Notes: generated by a model not told the origin, from the letters alone. 64,000 nt of DNA from Microgenomates group bacterium ADurb.Bin219 (GCA_002069945.1 MWCH01000003.1:3040-67039), one strand, 5' to 3'; shown: positions 1-10,252, numbered from the stretch's first letter. Translations and numbers: made by a program.

Positions 1-1
1 T

Positions 2-117
2 CAAAAAGCAATTGAAATAAACGGAAAAATTATTACTAACGAAAAACTTTCTCTGAAAGAAAATGATATTATAAGAATCGGTAAAACAAAATTTGTAAAA
101 ATTGCTATCAGCAAGTA
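2..117 (+). CDS. 3' end of an upstream gene that starts outside the window. The C-terminus (...QKAIEINGKIITNEKLSLKENDIIRIGKTKFVKIAISK*) resembles an S4-like RNA-binding domain, possibly a TyrRS C-terminus.
   Basis: Open frame from the window edge to TAA at 115-117. The INGK...ND.I..GK pattern is typical of S4 domains. The assignment is weak. Confidence 0.3.
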
Positions 118-254
118 AAAAACCGAAAATAAGATGAAACTTAATAAGAAAAGAAAGAAAATGGTCAAAATTTTCCTCATTTTGGCTACCGTTGCCATCG
201 TGATTGCTTCTTTTTCGCCTTTTGTCACCCTGTTATTCTAGTAGCCGAGGAAAC

Positions 255-2330
255 ATGAATACCCTCTCTTTGGCTGACGCGGTTGAAAAATTACCCTATG
301 TCGGCCCCGCTTACGCCAAAAGATTGAACAAATTGGGTATAATAACAATTGAAGATTTAATTTTTCACTTTCCTTTTCGTTACGACGATTTCTCGCTGAT
401 TTCTTCTATTAACCGTATTCAACCGGGGGAAACCTTGACCATCAGAGCAAAAATTTTGGAATTTAGAAACGAACACACCCGCAACGGTAAAAAAATCCAA
501 AAAGCGGTCGTTGCCGATAACTCCGGATCTACGGAAATAATCTGGTTTAACCAACCCTATCTAAGCAAAGTTTTGAGAGTAGGGGAGACCTACCAATTTT
601 CCGGTAAGGCCGATTGGTTCGGCCGTAAAATTGTCTTTGTTTCGCCGGAATACGAAAAAACTCTAATATCCAATATCCAATCTCCAACATCAGATTCCTT
701 GCATACCGGTCGTCTGGTTCCGGTTTACCCGGAAACATACGGAATTTCTTCAAAATGGCTCCGTTCAAGGATAAAAGCCGCCTTACAAATTTTTGGCGAG
801 AAAATTGAAGAATTTTTACCTCCGGAGATTGTAAAAAAGAATAACCTTTTATCCGAACAAGAAGCGATTAGACTAATTCATTTTCCGGAAAATAAATCCC
901 AAGCCGAATTAAGCCGCAAAAGACTTTCTTTTGACGAACTTTTTTTAATTCAGTTAGCCGGCCGCTTAAGAAAAAAAGATTGGCAGAAAAAATTTTCCGG
1001 CTATCAATTTAAAATTTTCCCGGCGGAAACCAAAAAATTTGTTGACTCTCTTCCTTTTAAACTTACCGCTGCCCAGGAAAAAGTCTGGTCGGAAATTAGC
1101 GCCGATTTGGAGAGAAAAGAACCGATGAATCGCCTGCTTCAAGGCGATGTCGGTTCCGGAAAAACAGTCGTGGCCGCAATCGCGATCTACAATGCTTTTT
1201 TAAATAATTTTTCTTCCGTATTTATGGCTCCGACGGAAATTCTGGCTACCCAACATTATCAAACTTTGACCAATTTTTTTTCTCCTTTTAAAATCAAGGT
1301 TGAGCTCGTCACCTCATCCCACCGCCAACTAAATCCGACTGAAGACAAGTCCCCTAAAATTATTGTCGGCACTCACGCCCTGCTTTTTAAAAAACCGCCC
1401 GAAAAAGTCGGATTTATTGTGATTGACGAACAGCAGCGCTTCGGCGTTGAACAAAGAGCCCAATTGTTAAAAGAATCTTCCGAAGAAAAAATTCCTCATC
1501 TGTTAACAATGACGGCCACCCCGATTCCCAGAACCGTTGCCCTAACTATCTTTGGCGATCTGGACCTTTCGTTTTTAAACGAAATGCCCAAAGGCAGACT
1601 GGTGGTAAAAACCTGGGTTGTCCCTCCTTTCAAAAGAGAAGATGCCTATAGATGGATCAGAAAACTGGTCAAGGGAACCAGCCAACAAGCTTTTATTATT
1701 TGCCCTTTGATTGAAGAGTCGGAAACCTTGGCCACCAGCAGGGCGGCCAAAAGCGAATATCAACAACTTTCGGAAAAAATTTTTCCCGATTTAAAACTCG
1801 GGCTTTTGCACGGCCGGATGAATACAACGGAAAAAGATCAAGTTATCGACGACTTCCGTCGGGGTAAATTGGATATCCTGGTTTCCACCCCGGTCGTAGA
1901 GGTTGGCATTGACATTCCTAAGGCTACCATCATGATGATTGAAGCTGCCGACCGTTTTGGCCTTGCCCAGCTTCACCAGCTACGCGGTCGGGTGGGCCGA
2001 AACAAGATTGAATCTTTTTGCCTCCTTTTTACGGAAAATTCCGACCCTAAAGCTATAAAAAGAATAAAATTCATGGAGTCCAAAAATATCGGCATGGAAT
2101 TGGCCGAAATTGACCTTCGACTGCGCGGTCCGGGAGAGATTTACGGAACCAAACAACACGGTTTTCCCGATTTAAAAATTGCCTCTTTTGCCGATCTGGA
2201 TTTGATTGAACAAACCCGCAAAGCGGCCGACTCTCTTCTTGCTACCGATTTTTCTCTTCTGCAAAATACCAACTCCCCCTTGAATAAAAAGCTAAAAAAA
2301 TATAAAATTATCCAAGAAATTAGTAATTAA
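255..2330 (+). CDS. recG: ATP-dependent DNA helicase RecG
   Basis: Walker A GDVGSGKT, DEQQRFGV and TATPIPRT motifs, plus an N-terminal wedge/OB region. ATG at 255 is preceded by GAGG; the ORF track start at 204 is probably too early. Confidence 0.9.
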   Translation: MNTLSLADAVEKLPYVGPAYAKRLNKLGIITIEDLIFHFPFRYDDFSLISSINRIQPGETLTIRAKILEFRNEHTRNGKKIQKAVVADNSGSTEIIWFNQPYLSKVLRVGETYQFSGKADWFGRKIVFVSPEYEKTLISNIQSPTSDSLHTGRLVPVYPETYGISSKWLRSRIKAALQIFGEKIEEFLPPEIVKKNNLLSEQEAIRLIHFPENKSQAELSRKRLSFDELFLIQLAGRLRKKDWQKKFSGYQFKIFPAETKKFVDSLPFKLTAAQEKVWSEISADLERKEPMNRLLQGDVGSGKTVVAAIAIYNAFLNNFSSVFMAPTEILATQHYQTLTNFFSPFKIKVELVTSSHRQLNPTEDKSPKIIVGTHALLFKKPPEKVGFIVIDEQQRFGVEQRAQLLKESSEEKIPHLLTMTATPIPRTVALTIFGDLDLSFLNEMPKGRLVVKTWVVPPFKREDAYRWIRKLVKGTSQQAFIICPLIEESETLATSRAAKSEYQQLSEKIFPDLKLGLLHGRMNTTEKDQVIDDFRRGKLDILVSTPVVEVGIDIPKATIMMIEAADRFGLAQLHQLRGRVGRNKIESFCLLFTENSDPKAIKRIKFMESKNIGMELAEIDLRLRGPGEIYGTKQHGFPDLKIASFADLDLIEQTRKAADSLLATDFSLLQNTNSPLNKKLKKYKIIQEISN

Positions 2331-2376
2331 ACAGTTATTAATTAATAAGTAATAATTAATCTTTAATTTTTTTTGT

Positions 2377-2589
2377 ATGGGACCTTTACCAAAAAGACGT
2401 TGGTCGACCCGCAGACAGGGTCAAAAAAGAGCCACTCATTCTTTAAAGAAGATAAGCTTGACGGTTTGCCCTAATTGCCGTGAACCGAAATTGCCTCATT
2501 GCGCCTGTTTAAAATGCGGCTATTACAACGGCAAACAGGTAATCAAAATCAAAGAGGCCAAAAAGAAAGTCAATGAAAACAGCAAATGA
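2377..2589 (+). CDS. rpmF: 50S ribosomal protein L32
   Basis: N-terminal PKRRWSTRRQG...RATHSL with CPNCREPKLPHCACLKCGYY, the L32 zinc-ribbon signature. Confidence 0.85.
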   Translation: MGPLPKRRWSTRRQGQKRATHSLKKISLTVCPNCREPKLPHCACLKCGYYNGKQVIKIKEAKKKVNENSK

Positions 2590-2926
2590 CCCCCGCCACC
2601 AAAGGAGAAGGACATTAATTAAAGTTCTCTTTTCACAAAGCTTTCAAAAAATTACCTCCGAAGATCCGACGGAAATTAGAATCATCAAAAACCTGGGAAA
2701 GATTGACGATTTTATTCGAAAAGCCGCCCCTGAATGGCCGATAGAGAAAATCAATAAAATAGATTTGGCCATCTTGAGGTTGGCCGTTTTTGAAATGAAA
2801 ATCGTTACCAAGGAACCTCCTAAAGTAATTATTGATGAAGCGATTGAGCTGGCTAAGGAATACGGCAGTGAATCTTCTCCGGCTTTTATTAATGGAACTC
2901 TCGGCACCCTATTAAAACTCCCATGA
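2573..2926 (+). CDS. nusB: Transcription antitermination factor NusB-like
   Basis: About 117 aa with N-terminal RHQRRR and a C-terminal FINGTLG motif; sits between rpmF and rnc. Confidence 0.65.
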   Translation: MKTANDPRHQRRRTLIKVLFSQSFQKITSEDPTEIRIIKNLGKIDDFIRKAAPEWPIEKINKIDLAILRLAVFEMKIVTKEPPKVIIDEAIELAKEYGSESSPAFINGTLGTLLKLP

Positions 2927-3615
2927 AATCACTTGAAGAACTGGAAAAAAAACTGAAAATCCATTTCAAAAACCAAGCTCTGCTTCAGATGGTTTTTACT
3001 CATCGGTCATATTTAAACGAACACAAGGGAGAAAAACTTTTCTCCAACGAAAGACTGGAATTTTTGGGTGACGCCATTCTTTCTTTTTGGGTTTCCAGCC
3101 ATTTGTATGGAAAATATCCGGATTTGCCCGAAGGAATTTTAACCAATATGAGAACTTTATTGGTCAGAACCGAAAGTCTGGCGGAAAAAGCCAAAGATTT
3201 GGAATTGGGAGAATATCTTTTTTTAAGCAAGGGTGAAGAAAAAGGCGGAGGCAGAATGAACCGGGCCCTTCTGGCCAATACCTTTGAATCTCTTACTGGG
3301 GCTATCTTTTTGGAAAAAGGATTAATTGAGGTAAGCAAATTTCTGGAAAAAAATTTCAGTCAGAAAATTGCTGAATTGGGCTCATCTCAATTAAAAGACT
3401 ATAAAAGTATCCTTCAGGAAAAAATCCAAACAACCGTCAAGTTTTCGCCCGAGTATAAGGTCTTAAGGCAAGAAGGTCCTGACCACGATAAAACTTTTCA
3501 GGTCGGCGTTTTCAGTCAGGGAATTCTGTTGGGAACCGGCGAAGGTAAATCCAAACAGGAGGCGGAAGAACTGGCGGCCAAGAACGCCCTTGAGAATAAC
3601 GCAAATTTGCGCTAA
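2923..3615 (+). CDS. rnc: Ribonuclease III
   Basis: ERLEFLGDAIL catalytic signature followed by a C-terminal dsRBD. Confidence 0.9.
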   Translation: MKSLEELEKKLKIHFKNQALLQMVFTHRSYLNEHKGEKLFSNERLEFLGDAILSFWVSSHLYGKYPDLPEGILTNMRTLLVRTESLAEKAKDLELGEYLFLSKGEEKGGGRMNRALLANTFESLTGAIFLEKGLIEVSKFLEKNFSQKIAELGSSQLKDYKSILQEKIQTTVKFSPEYKVLRQEGPDHDKTFQVGVFSQGILLGTGEGKSKQEAEELAAKNALENNANLR

Positions 3616-3624
3616 AATAGCATT

Positions 3625-3852
3625 ATGGTAACGATAAGATTAAAAAGAGTTGGCAGCAAAAACCGGGCATCCTACCGGATTGTCGTCATGGAAAAAAGAT
3701 CCAAAAATCTGGGTAAATCAATTGCCGAAATTGGTTTTTATAATCCCTTGGTCAAGCCGCCAATTATTAACATTAATCGTCAGGAGCTTGAAAAATGGTT
3801 AAATAACGGAGCTCAAATTTCTCCGGCGGTTAAAAAACTTCTTAATTCGTGA
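3625..3852 (+). CDS. rpsP: 30S ribosomal protein S16
   Basis: MVTIRLKRVGSKNRASYRIVV is the S16 N-terminus. Confidence 0.9.
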   Translation: MVTIRLKRVGSKNRASYRIVVMEKRSKNLGKSIAEIGFYNPLVKPPIININRQELEKWLNNGAQISPAVKKLLNS

Positions 3853-4157
3853 AAGAACTGCTTACTTACATTATCAAATCAATTCTCGGGGAAGAAGAAG
3901 TTGAAGTTAAAGAAGAATCGTTAGACTCCAGAACCTTGATATTGACTATAAAAGTTCCGGAAACCGAATACGGCAAAATAATCGGTAAAAAAGGCAGAAT
4001 CATCAATGCCGTCAGAAAGATTATCAATCTGGCCGCCAATAAAGAAGGGAAAAGAGCGATCGTTAAACTGGCAACCGAAAATCAAAGCCCAAAAGGACTG
4101 GATCTGGGTCCGGCAGACACCGATCCCTCTCCGGCTGACAACTCAATTGAAATCTGA
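3849..4157 (+). CDS. KH-domain RNA-binding protein (UPF0109/YlqC-like)
   Basis: IIGKKGRIINAVRKII is a KH GXXG motif, and the gene directly follows rpsP as in many bacteria. It has a C-terminal extension. Confidence 0.7.
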   Translation: MKELLTYIIKSILGEEEVEVKEESLDSRTLILTIKVPETEYGKIIGKKGRIINAVRKIINLAANKEGKRAIVKLATENQSPKGLDLGPADTDPSPADNSIEI

Positions 4158-4816
4158 GGCGTTGCAAACTCCTGATAATCCTTAATCAAACTTAAACTTT
4201 CTTCCTCACTGGCGGATAATTTTGCCAAGGCCGCATCTACTTTTCCCAAAGTTGTCGGTAAGGGAGAGCGGAAAGCATCCGCTTCAATTTGAAGAATCGC
4301 CGCCCTTCCGGAATTATTGATTTTAAATGTATTGATATTCAATAAAGGCAAGGTTTTCTCAATCGCAAAAAGAAAATCCAAAGTTCGTTCCCAAGTTCCC
4401 AAAGTTTTAATCTTAAAACCTAAACTTTCAATTTTTAACTCCTTAGAAGCCGTTGTTGCCGACTGGCTGGAAACTTCGCCCGGCCGAACGTCCAAAGATT
4501 CAAGATAAACCTGTTCCTTAAAAGCAAGTGCGTTTAAAACCGAAACCGGTTTAAGGATATCCTTTTCGTTAGGAAGAATTTTCAAGGCCAAATCGGTCTT
4601 TTCCCGAAGCGAAAATTCGTCAATGCCTTCAAGGTCGGAAAGTTTAATTGACAGTTTCTGCAGTCGGTCTTTTTTGATTTTTAATTCGCTGCCCATTTCC
4701 TGAACCAACCTGACTCTTGGCAATAAAATCAAAAAAGTCAAAACAACGGTCAGGGCAATTATCAAAATTGGTCCGCTAAAAACGGTTGCCGATTTTAAGA
4801 ATTTATTAATTTTCAT
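4082..4816 (-). CDS. Type IV pilus assembly protein PilO-like
   Basis: N-terminal TM helix followed by coiled-coil. It lies directly downstream of PilM/PilN and overlaps PilN by 4 nt. Confidence 0.5.
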   Translation of the reverse strand: MKINKFLKSATVFSGPILIIALTVVLTFLILLPRVRLVQEMGSELKIKKDRLQKLSIKLSDLEGIDEFSLREKTDLALKILPNEKDILKPVSVLNALAFKEQVYLESLDVRPGEVSSQSATTASKELKIESLGFKIKTLGTWERTLDFLFAIEKTLPLLNINTFKINNSGRAAILQIEADAFRSPLPTTLGKVDAALAKLSASEEESLSLIKDYQEFATPQISIELSAGEGSVSAGPRSSPFGL

Positions 4817-5379
4817 TTTTCCGTTTCCTTTATAACCGTCTTTTTTAAGGCATCTAAAATAAAACTATAATCGCCATCTTCGGAGCGGGAGACGGAGGAG
4901 ACCTCCAGCTTGTCAAAATTTTGGGTAAATTCAGGTCGGGAAATTTCCGTCATAAATTGATTTAAGCCAAGAAGGTCGGGGCTGGTAACCATCAAGGACA
5001 ATTCTCCTTTGCCTTTGGATTCAACCGTCTCAAAAATAATTGTTTTCGAGGAAAGCTCGTCAAACTTTTTTAATATTTCTACGTTTCCCCGACGAAGACC
5101 CATAATTTTTTGGGCCAATTGGAGTCTATTTTTTAGCTTTGATAAATCCTGCTCCCTTAGCTGAAGCCCAAGAATTGATTTTTCGGCCTGGATAATTTTG
5201 GCATTTACCGTCTCCGTATCGTTACGCAAACGGAAATATTGGAGAAAAACTAATCCGGACAGGCCGGTAAAAACAGCAAGAAGGGAAACCGCCAAAGTCT
5301 TAAGCCGTTTGGCCCATAAACTTAAATCCAAACGCGACCTCTCTTCGCCGGGAATCAAGTTTATTTTGAATTTGGCCAT
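4813..5379 (-). CDS. Type IV pilus assembly protein PilN-like
   Basis: Single N-terminal TM plus coiled-coil, about 188 aa, immediately downstream of pilM. Confidence 0.55.
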   Translation of the reverse strand: MAKFKINLIPGEERSRLDLSLWAKRLKTLAVSLLAVFTGLSGLVFLQYFRLRNDTETVNAKIIQAEKSILGLQLREQDLSKLKNRLQLAQKIMGLRRGNVEILKKFDELSSKTIIFETVESKGKGELSLMVTSPDLLGLNQFMTEISRPEFTQNFDKLEVSSVSRSEDGDYSFILDALKKTVIKETEK

Positions 5380-5380
5380 T

Positions 5381-6388
5381 TTAAAATTCCCTCATGGCTA
5401 ACCCCAAAACAACGGTAAAACTTGAGCTTTTATCCTTGACTGCCTTAATTAAATTTTCATCACATTTGATTCCCGCCAGGGGATTGGCAATCTGAACTTC
5501 AACGCCGGTTTGGCGGGCAATCTCCTCGGAAAGTCCGGGCAAATTCGCTCCTCCCCCAGACAAAATAATCATCTCGATCGCTTCTTTCCTTTTCTCCTTA
5601 ATAAACTCGGTAATTTTGGCCATTTCCTCAAAAACCGGTTTTATTACCGGCTGGAGAGCGTCTTTGATCTTTCCCTCCAATTCGTTTCCGGACAAACCGT
5701 AGGTTTTTTTATATTCTTCTGCCACTTCCTGTTCTAGCGAAAAACCGGTAGAAATAGAACGGGTCATTGCTTCGCCGGCCAAAGGCAGAGAGCGGGTGAG
5801 AATAACCTCCTCGTCCCGACAGGCAACCGAATTAACCGACTTGGCGCCGAAATCCAGAATTAATTTGACCTTTCCCGAACCGACAAATTTTAAAGCCCTT
5901 ACCAAAGCCAAGACTTCCGTTTCCAAAGCAACGGGCTTTAACCCAGCCATTTCAAAAATTTTAAGATACTTCGCCACCAGGTTTTTGGGCGCAACCGCAA
6001 CCAATACCGAGAGAAGGGAAGAAGTCTTTTTGACAATTTGCCAATCGTAATTAGATTCGTCAAGGGGAATCGGCACTACTTCTTCCAGTTCCCATTTCAA
6101 AGCCTGACCGACTTCTTCCTCCGTCATTGCCGGCAAATCGATCACCCGCGTAATCACATTGGCCTCAGACAAGGAAGAAACAACTTCAATTGAAGTTATG
6201 CCGGCTTCCGCTTTCAATTTTTTTATTGCTTCCGCAATCGTCAATAAATCTTTATCCGCCTCCGAAGCCAATCCTACCCCGGGAGTTTTAACCATACCCA
6301 AATTAACCAGACTCAATTGCTCGCCTTCTTTTTTTATTTTCGCGATTTTTATGGTGCTGGTGCCGATATCTAAACTAAAAGTATCCAT
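5381..6388 (-). CDS. pilM: Type IV pilus assembly ATPase-like protein PilM
   Basis: Actin-fold N-terminus (IDIGTSTIKIA), about 335 aa, first gene of the pilMNO block. Confidence 0.8.
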   Translation of the reverse strand: MDTFSLDIGTSTIKIAKIKKEGEQLSLVNLGMVKTPGVGLASEADKDLLTIAEAIKKLKAEAGITSIEVVSSLSEANVITRVIDLPAMTEEEVGQALKWELEEVVPIPLDESNYDWQIVKKTSSLLSVLVAVAPKNLVAKYLKIFEMAGLKPVALETEVLALVRALKFVGSGKVKLILDFGAKSVNSVACRDEEVILTRSLPLAGEAMTRSISTGFSLEQEVAEEYKKTYGLSGNELEGKIKDALQPVIKPVFEEMAKITEFIKEKRKEAIEMIILSGGGANLPGLSEEIARQTGVEVQIANPLAGIKCDENLIKAVKDKSSSFTVVLGLAMREF

Positions 6389-6466
6389 ACGAATTTAAAA
6401 ATTAAATTATTAACAGATTAAAAAATTAACGAATTAACTAATATATTCAAATATTAGCAAATAAAA

Positions 6467-7309
6467 CTAAAGCGATTTTTCTAAACTTTCTCCGGAAAAA
6501 AGCCCCCAATTAAAGATCGACGGGACTTCCTGCCAAAAACGGCACTGCCTGACTTTCCGGGTAATTCCGGATTGAGAAACCGTCGCTGTTGAAACATAAC
6601 AACTTCCTTGATTCGGAAAATATGGCGAAACAGCCGCGGCTGCGGCGATCAACTGAGGTGAAGAGTTGTAAGAAAGAGTCGCTCTTATAAAAAACGGTTG
6701 GATGTTCGCGTTGTTGGGCAAATTAATCAAACCTGTTGAATATTTTAACGACCTTCCCGCAACCGTGAAACCTTGAGTTAAAGCGGCGGTAAAACGGTTA
6801 TTCAACCTACGGGCCGCGTCCGGATCAAAATTATAACGGGCAATTTTATAAACACCGGACTCGCGATAAATATAAGCGACGGAAAGAGCCGAAGATTCAG
6901 CACTCGTTGCCGTTCCCCAGTAAAAAGTAACTCCGCCGTTATAATCCGAGCTTTCGTCAATCTGACCTTCGGCATTATGACCCACCAGCCAAAGAGTTTG
7001 GGTATCACCGCTGGCCGCTTCTTCGGGAAAAACAAAATATTGACCGCCTAAAGTTTCCGATGTCACAACATAGCCGATACCGTCAAGACTGCCGGAAGAA
7101 GCCGCGGCTGCGGATTGCATTTTTTCTTCAAGAGCAGATTCGGCAACATAAAACGCCCGGGTTGATTCTTCCGTCTGTTGGGAAATCCTGATATCGGTGA
7201 TGGAAGAAGAAATGGTAGAAAGTCCAATCGTTAAAATTACCGTCATGATCAAAAGAACAATCAAGACGGTTTGACCTTTTTGTCCGGCTGAAAAGGGCAG
7301 GCTTCTCAT
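6467..7309 (-). CDS. PilX-like minor pilin / pilus-associated protein
   Basis: MRSLPFSAGQKGQTVLIVLLIMTV is a PilX-type N-terminus. Start moved to ATG 7307-7309; the listed ORF start would overlap the upstream gene. Confidence 0.5.
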   Translation of the reverse strand: MRSLPFSAGQKGQTVLIVLLIMTVILTIGLSTISSSITDIRISQQTEESTRAFYVAESALEEKMQSAAAASSGSLDGIGYVVTSETLGGQYFVFPEEAASGDTQTLWLVGHNAEGQIDESSDYNGGVTFYWGTATSAESSALSVAYIYRESGVYKIARYNFDPDAARRLNNRFTAALTQGFTVAGRSLKYSTGLINLPNNANIQPFFIRATLSYNSSPQLIAAAAAVSPYFPNQGSCYVSTATVSQSGITRKVRQCRFWQEVPSIFNWGLFSGESLEKSL

Positions 7310-7337
7310 TGTTTTAAGTTTAACCAACTCGAAAGAT

Positions 7338-7865
7338 TCAGTCAAGCTTTTCCTGATAACTGTTGCGGGAAGAGACAACAGTGGAAAAAGAAAGCGATCC
7401 TTTCTTCTCCGGACGGACATCGGCCGCCTCCTGATTACCCAAATAATTTTCAATCGTATAGGAGATACTCACTTTCACCGGTCTTCCCGGCTGAAGATCG
7501 GTACACTCAATCGCGAACGCACTGACTTTGACCTTGGCTCCGGTTAAATAGCTGCTGTTGGAAGCGATCCGGGAAATACCGTTGACGTCGCTCAAAAGCC
7601 GGAAAAGAGTTTCCTGGCCATCTTGGCCTTTAATGGTTAAAGAATTGGAGCTGCAATCAATCACCGAGAGACTGTTTTTAATCATCCCCTCCAAGGTAAA
7701 AAGGGCATATTCTCCGTTTTGTTTTACTTCCTTTATAATCTCCGATTTGCTGCTGCCGAAAAGAGTGCCAAAAAAAAGATTGCTTCCGGCAACCGCCACA
7801 AACCCCAAAACCGAGATTGCCACCAGCATTTCAATTAACGAATAGCCTTTCGCCGATTTTTTCAT
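7338..7865 (-). CDS. Prepilin-type minor pilin (PilW/GspJ-like)
   Basis: KGYSLIEMLVAISVLG is a prepilin N-terminal cleavage/methylation motif. Confidence 0.6.
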   Translation of the reverse strand: MKKSAKGYSLIEMLVAISVLGFVAVAGSNLFFGTLFGSSKSEIIKEVKQNGEYALFTLEGMIKNSLSVIDCSSNSLTIKGQDGQETLFRLLSDVNGISRIASNSSYLTGAKVKVSAFAIECTDLQPGRPVKVSISYTIENYLGNQEAADVRPEKKGSLSFSTVVSSRNSYQEKLD

Positions 7866-7866
7866 A

Positions 7867-8280
7867 CTATCTCCATCTGGTCAGCCGGCCGGAAACCGAA
7901 GAGGAATGAACCCCGGCCGAATCTTGCCAACTGATAATGATCTCCACTCCCAATTTGTCACTGTCTGCCGGATCAACCAAATAGTTGATTGTCCTAGAAA
8001 AACTCCCGACTTCGTCAATAACAGTCGGATTTCCGGAATGATTACTATAAAAGAGCGACCAATCAACGGATTCCTTTTCCTGCCTGATTTCTTCATACGT
8101 CGATTGGGCCAGAGTCAAACTGTAATTCTTGTTTTTGGCGTAGTCGTTGCTTCTTAACGATAAAACAGCAACCCTGGCCAATCCGACAACGATCAAGCTG
8201 ACGATAATAATGGAAATCACCACTTCCAAAAGCGACTGGCCCGATTCTCCAAAAACTTTTTTTTTCGTCCGATATTTCAT
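7867..8280 (-). CDS. PilV-like minor pilin
   Basis: GQSLLEVVISIIIVSLIVVG is a PilV-type N-terminus, about 137 aa. Confidence 0.6.
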   Translation of the reverse strand: MKYRTKKKVFGESGQSLLEVVISIIIVSLIVVGLARVAVLSLRSNDYAKNKNYSLTLAQSTYEEIRQEKESVDWSLFYSNHSGNPTVIDEVGSFSRTINYLVDPADSDKLGVEIIISWQDSAGVHSSSVSGRLTRWR

Positions 8281-8297
8281 AATTGCTGATAAGTTTT

Positions 8298-8789
8298 TTA
8301 AAAGCTAATTTCTCCGGCCGGACCGATACTGATCGTCCGGGTCTCGCCTGAAGTTCTTAAGCGTAAAACCAGGGAATCTTCTTCCGGGGGAGAAGTTTCC
8401 GCCCCTCTTCTTAGAGTCATAAATTTAACATAATTAAATCCTGATTCTTTTATAACTTCGGAATTAATCGTCGGTCCAGACTTGATTAAAATATTCTGGC
8501 TGCCCGAACAATTGGCGACAATAGAATAACTGAGGCTATCAACGAAGCTAATTGAAACTTGGTAATCTAGCAGATCGCCCTGACAACTGCTATCCGGGGG
8601 TCTTTCGCCACTTTGGGCTTTACTCTGAGCCAATCTGAGGTCACTAACCAAACCACGGACAACATTGTTCAGGATTTGGCGACGATTAAATTGAACGTAG
8701 GTTCCCAAGCCAAGACTGCCTAAAAAAGCAACCAAGGTTAAAGAAATTAAAAGCTCAATCAACGTAAAGCCGGATTTTTTCATTGGCAA
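8298..8789 (-). CDS. FimT/GspH-like minor pseudopilin
   Basis: SGFTLIELLISLTLVAFLG prepilin motif. Its position first in the FimU-PilV-PilW-PilX order matches other type IV pilus loci. Confidence 0.6.
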   Translation of the reverse strand: MPMKKSGFTLIELLISLTLVAFLGSLGLGTYVQFNRRQILNNVVRGLVSDLRLAQSKAQSGERPPDSSCQGDLLDYQVSISFVDSLSYSIVANCSGSQNILIKSGPTINSEVIKESGFNYVKFMTLRRGAETSPPEEDSLVLRLRTSGETRTISIGPAGEISF

Positions 8790-8796
8790 TTTAATC

Positions 8797-9249
8797 TTAC
8801 GGATTAGTTACTCGGTAGTTACAGGCAACTCCCGAAGAACAGTCGCCGCAACCGGCGTTACCACTGCCGGTTTCAAGGTAAGCACAAAGAACATAGCTGT
8901 TATTGGTCAATCGGGAATAAACGTAAGTATAAGGAGAGCTTAAAGGATCATTCGGTACCGAGCTTAAATAAATATCGTTTCCGAAGGAAAGCGAGCCGGT
9001 GCCGAAAAGAAGATTGCTGGGATAAATTCCAACATCGGTGCGGTACATTTCCAAGGCCGAACGGATTTGTTCCAGGTCGGCTTTTCTCTTGCTGTCGCGG
9101 GCGCTTTTCCGGGTAGAACCCAAAGCCGCCAAGGAAATGGAAAGCAAAACCCCCATCAGGGAAAAGACAATCAATAACTCAACCAAAGAAAAACCCGATT
9201 TGTTTTTCTTCTGTTGAATTTTTTCTTTCCTGGGCAGATTTATTTTCAT
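8797..9249 (-). CDS. GspG-like type IV pilin (paralog 6)
   Basis: SGFSLVELLIVFSLMG followed by RDSKRKADLEQIRSALEMY (GspG-like helix). Cys-rich C-terminus (CGDCSSGVAC). Confidence 0.8.
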   Translation of the reverse strand: MKINLPRKEKIQQKKNKSGFSLVELLIVFSLMGVLLSISLAALGSTRKSARDSKRKADLEQIRSALEMYRTDVGIYPSNLLFGTGSLSFGNDIYLSSVPNDPLSSPYTYVYSRLTNNSYVLCAYLETGSGNAGCGDCSSGVACNYRVTNP

Positions 9250-9750
9250 TTATGGGCAAAGACAACTTGTTCCGGTTGGAAATTCGGTCGCTTCCGCGGC
9301 GCAAACCTGGCCATTGGAACATATATGCCAGATCTTTCCGGTTCCTTCCAATTTGGCGCTGAGAGAATAGCCGGAAGCGCTGGCGCAATAAAGATAATAA
9401 TAGTTTTCGTTTTTCCGCGAATCGTCCGGGCAGGAAGGTAAATATTCCGTCTTAAAACTAGCGGTGCAAAGGCCGGTAGCCGCGTCAATGCAAGCCACTG
9501 CTCCGGGAGTCGGATAAAGCGAGTCGTGGGCAACGGCATAGTTTTCCAAAGCGGTCCGGTATTGGGAAAGGTCGCTTTTTCTTTTGGTGTCCCGAGCCTG
9601 TTTTTCCGCCGTCTGATAACGGGCGGTGAAAATTGAAATCAGAAGACCGATGATGGAAATTACCACCAGAAGCTCCACTAAAGTAAAACCTCTCTGTTTT
9701 TGAAATCCCAAATTCAGAATTTTAAATTTATTTTTAATCGGCGCAAACAT
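9250..9750 (-). CDS. GspG-like type IV pilin (paralog 5)
   Basis: RGFTLVELLVVISIIG followed by RDTKRKSDLSQYRTALENY. Start set to ATG 9748-9750 (MFAPIKNKF). Multiple C-terminal Cys. Confidence 0.75.
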   Translation of the reverse strand: MFAPIKNKFKILNLGFQKQRGFTLVELLVVISIIGLLISIFTARYQTAEKQARDTKRKSDLSQYRTALENYAVAHDSLYPTPGAVACIDAATGLCTASFKTEYLPSCPDDSRKNENYYYLYCASASGYSLSAKLEGTGKIWHICSNGQVCAAEATEFPTGTSCLCP

Positions 9751-10252
9751 AGAAATTGGTAGTAGCCGGGCTTTCGGCCGAACCGAGACAGGCAACCTGA
9801 GACCCTTCCGCTTCTTTGTCGGACAAATTTTCCAAAGTTGCCCGCAAGCGAAAATTGTCCCGGTCAACCCAGTCATAATGATAAAAATAACTTCCGTCGT
9901 TTATCGGATCAATCGGCAAACGCTTCATATAAATTGTGCCGCCGGCATTGGCAAATTCGTTACCCCAGCCGCAATCGTCCGGAGCAATACAGGTACCGCA
10001 ACCCTGAATTTCGTTGCCGTCGCTTTTGTCCGGCGGATAGTTGTCGCAATCGTTGTGATACATCATTAAAGCGGTTTTTAATTCTTTCAAATCGGATTTC
10101 CGGCGGGAATCGCGCGATCTTTCCCTGATCCCGGAAATATTGGCCATCAGTAAAGAAGCCAAAACCCCGATAATGGAAATCACCACCAGTAATTCAATCA
10201 AGGTAAAACCCGCTTTTTGCCTTTTAACTTTTAACTTTTGATTTTTATTCAT
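9734..10252 (-). CDS. GspG-like type IV pilin (paralog 4)
   Basis: AGFTLIELLVVISIIG followed by RDSRRKSDLKELKTALMMY. C-terminal CGTC...DDCGW. Confidence 0.8.
   Translation of the reverse strand: MNKNQKLKVKRQKAGFTLIELLVVISIIGVLASLLMANISGIRERSRDSRRKSDLKELKTALMMYHNDCDNYPPDKSDGNEIQGCGTCIAPDDCGWGNEFANAGGTIYMKRLPIDPINDGSYFYHYDWVDRDNFRLRATLENLSDKEAEGSQVACLGSAESPATTNFYVCAD

Noticed and set aside
1-228. 75-aa minus-strand ORF at the window start
   Set aside because: It is hydrophobic, low-complexity, and antisense to a plausible gene 3' end and the recG start region. It has no support.
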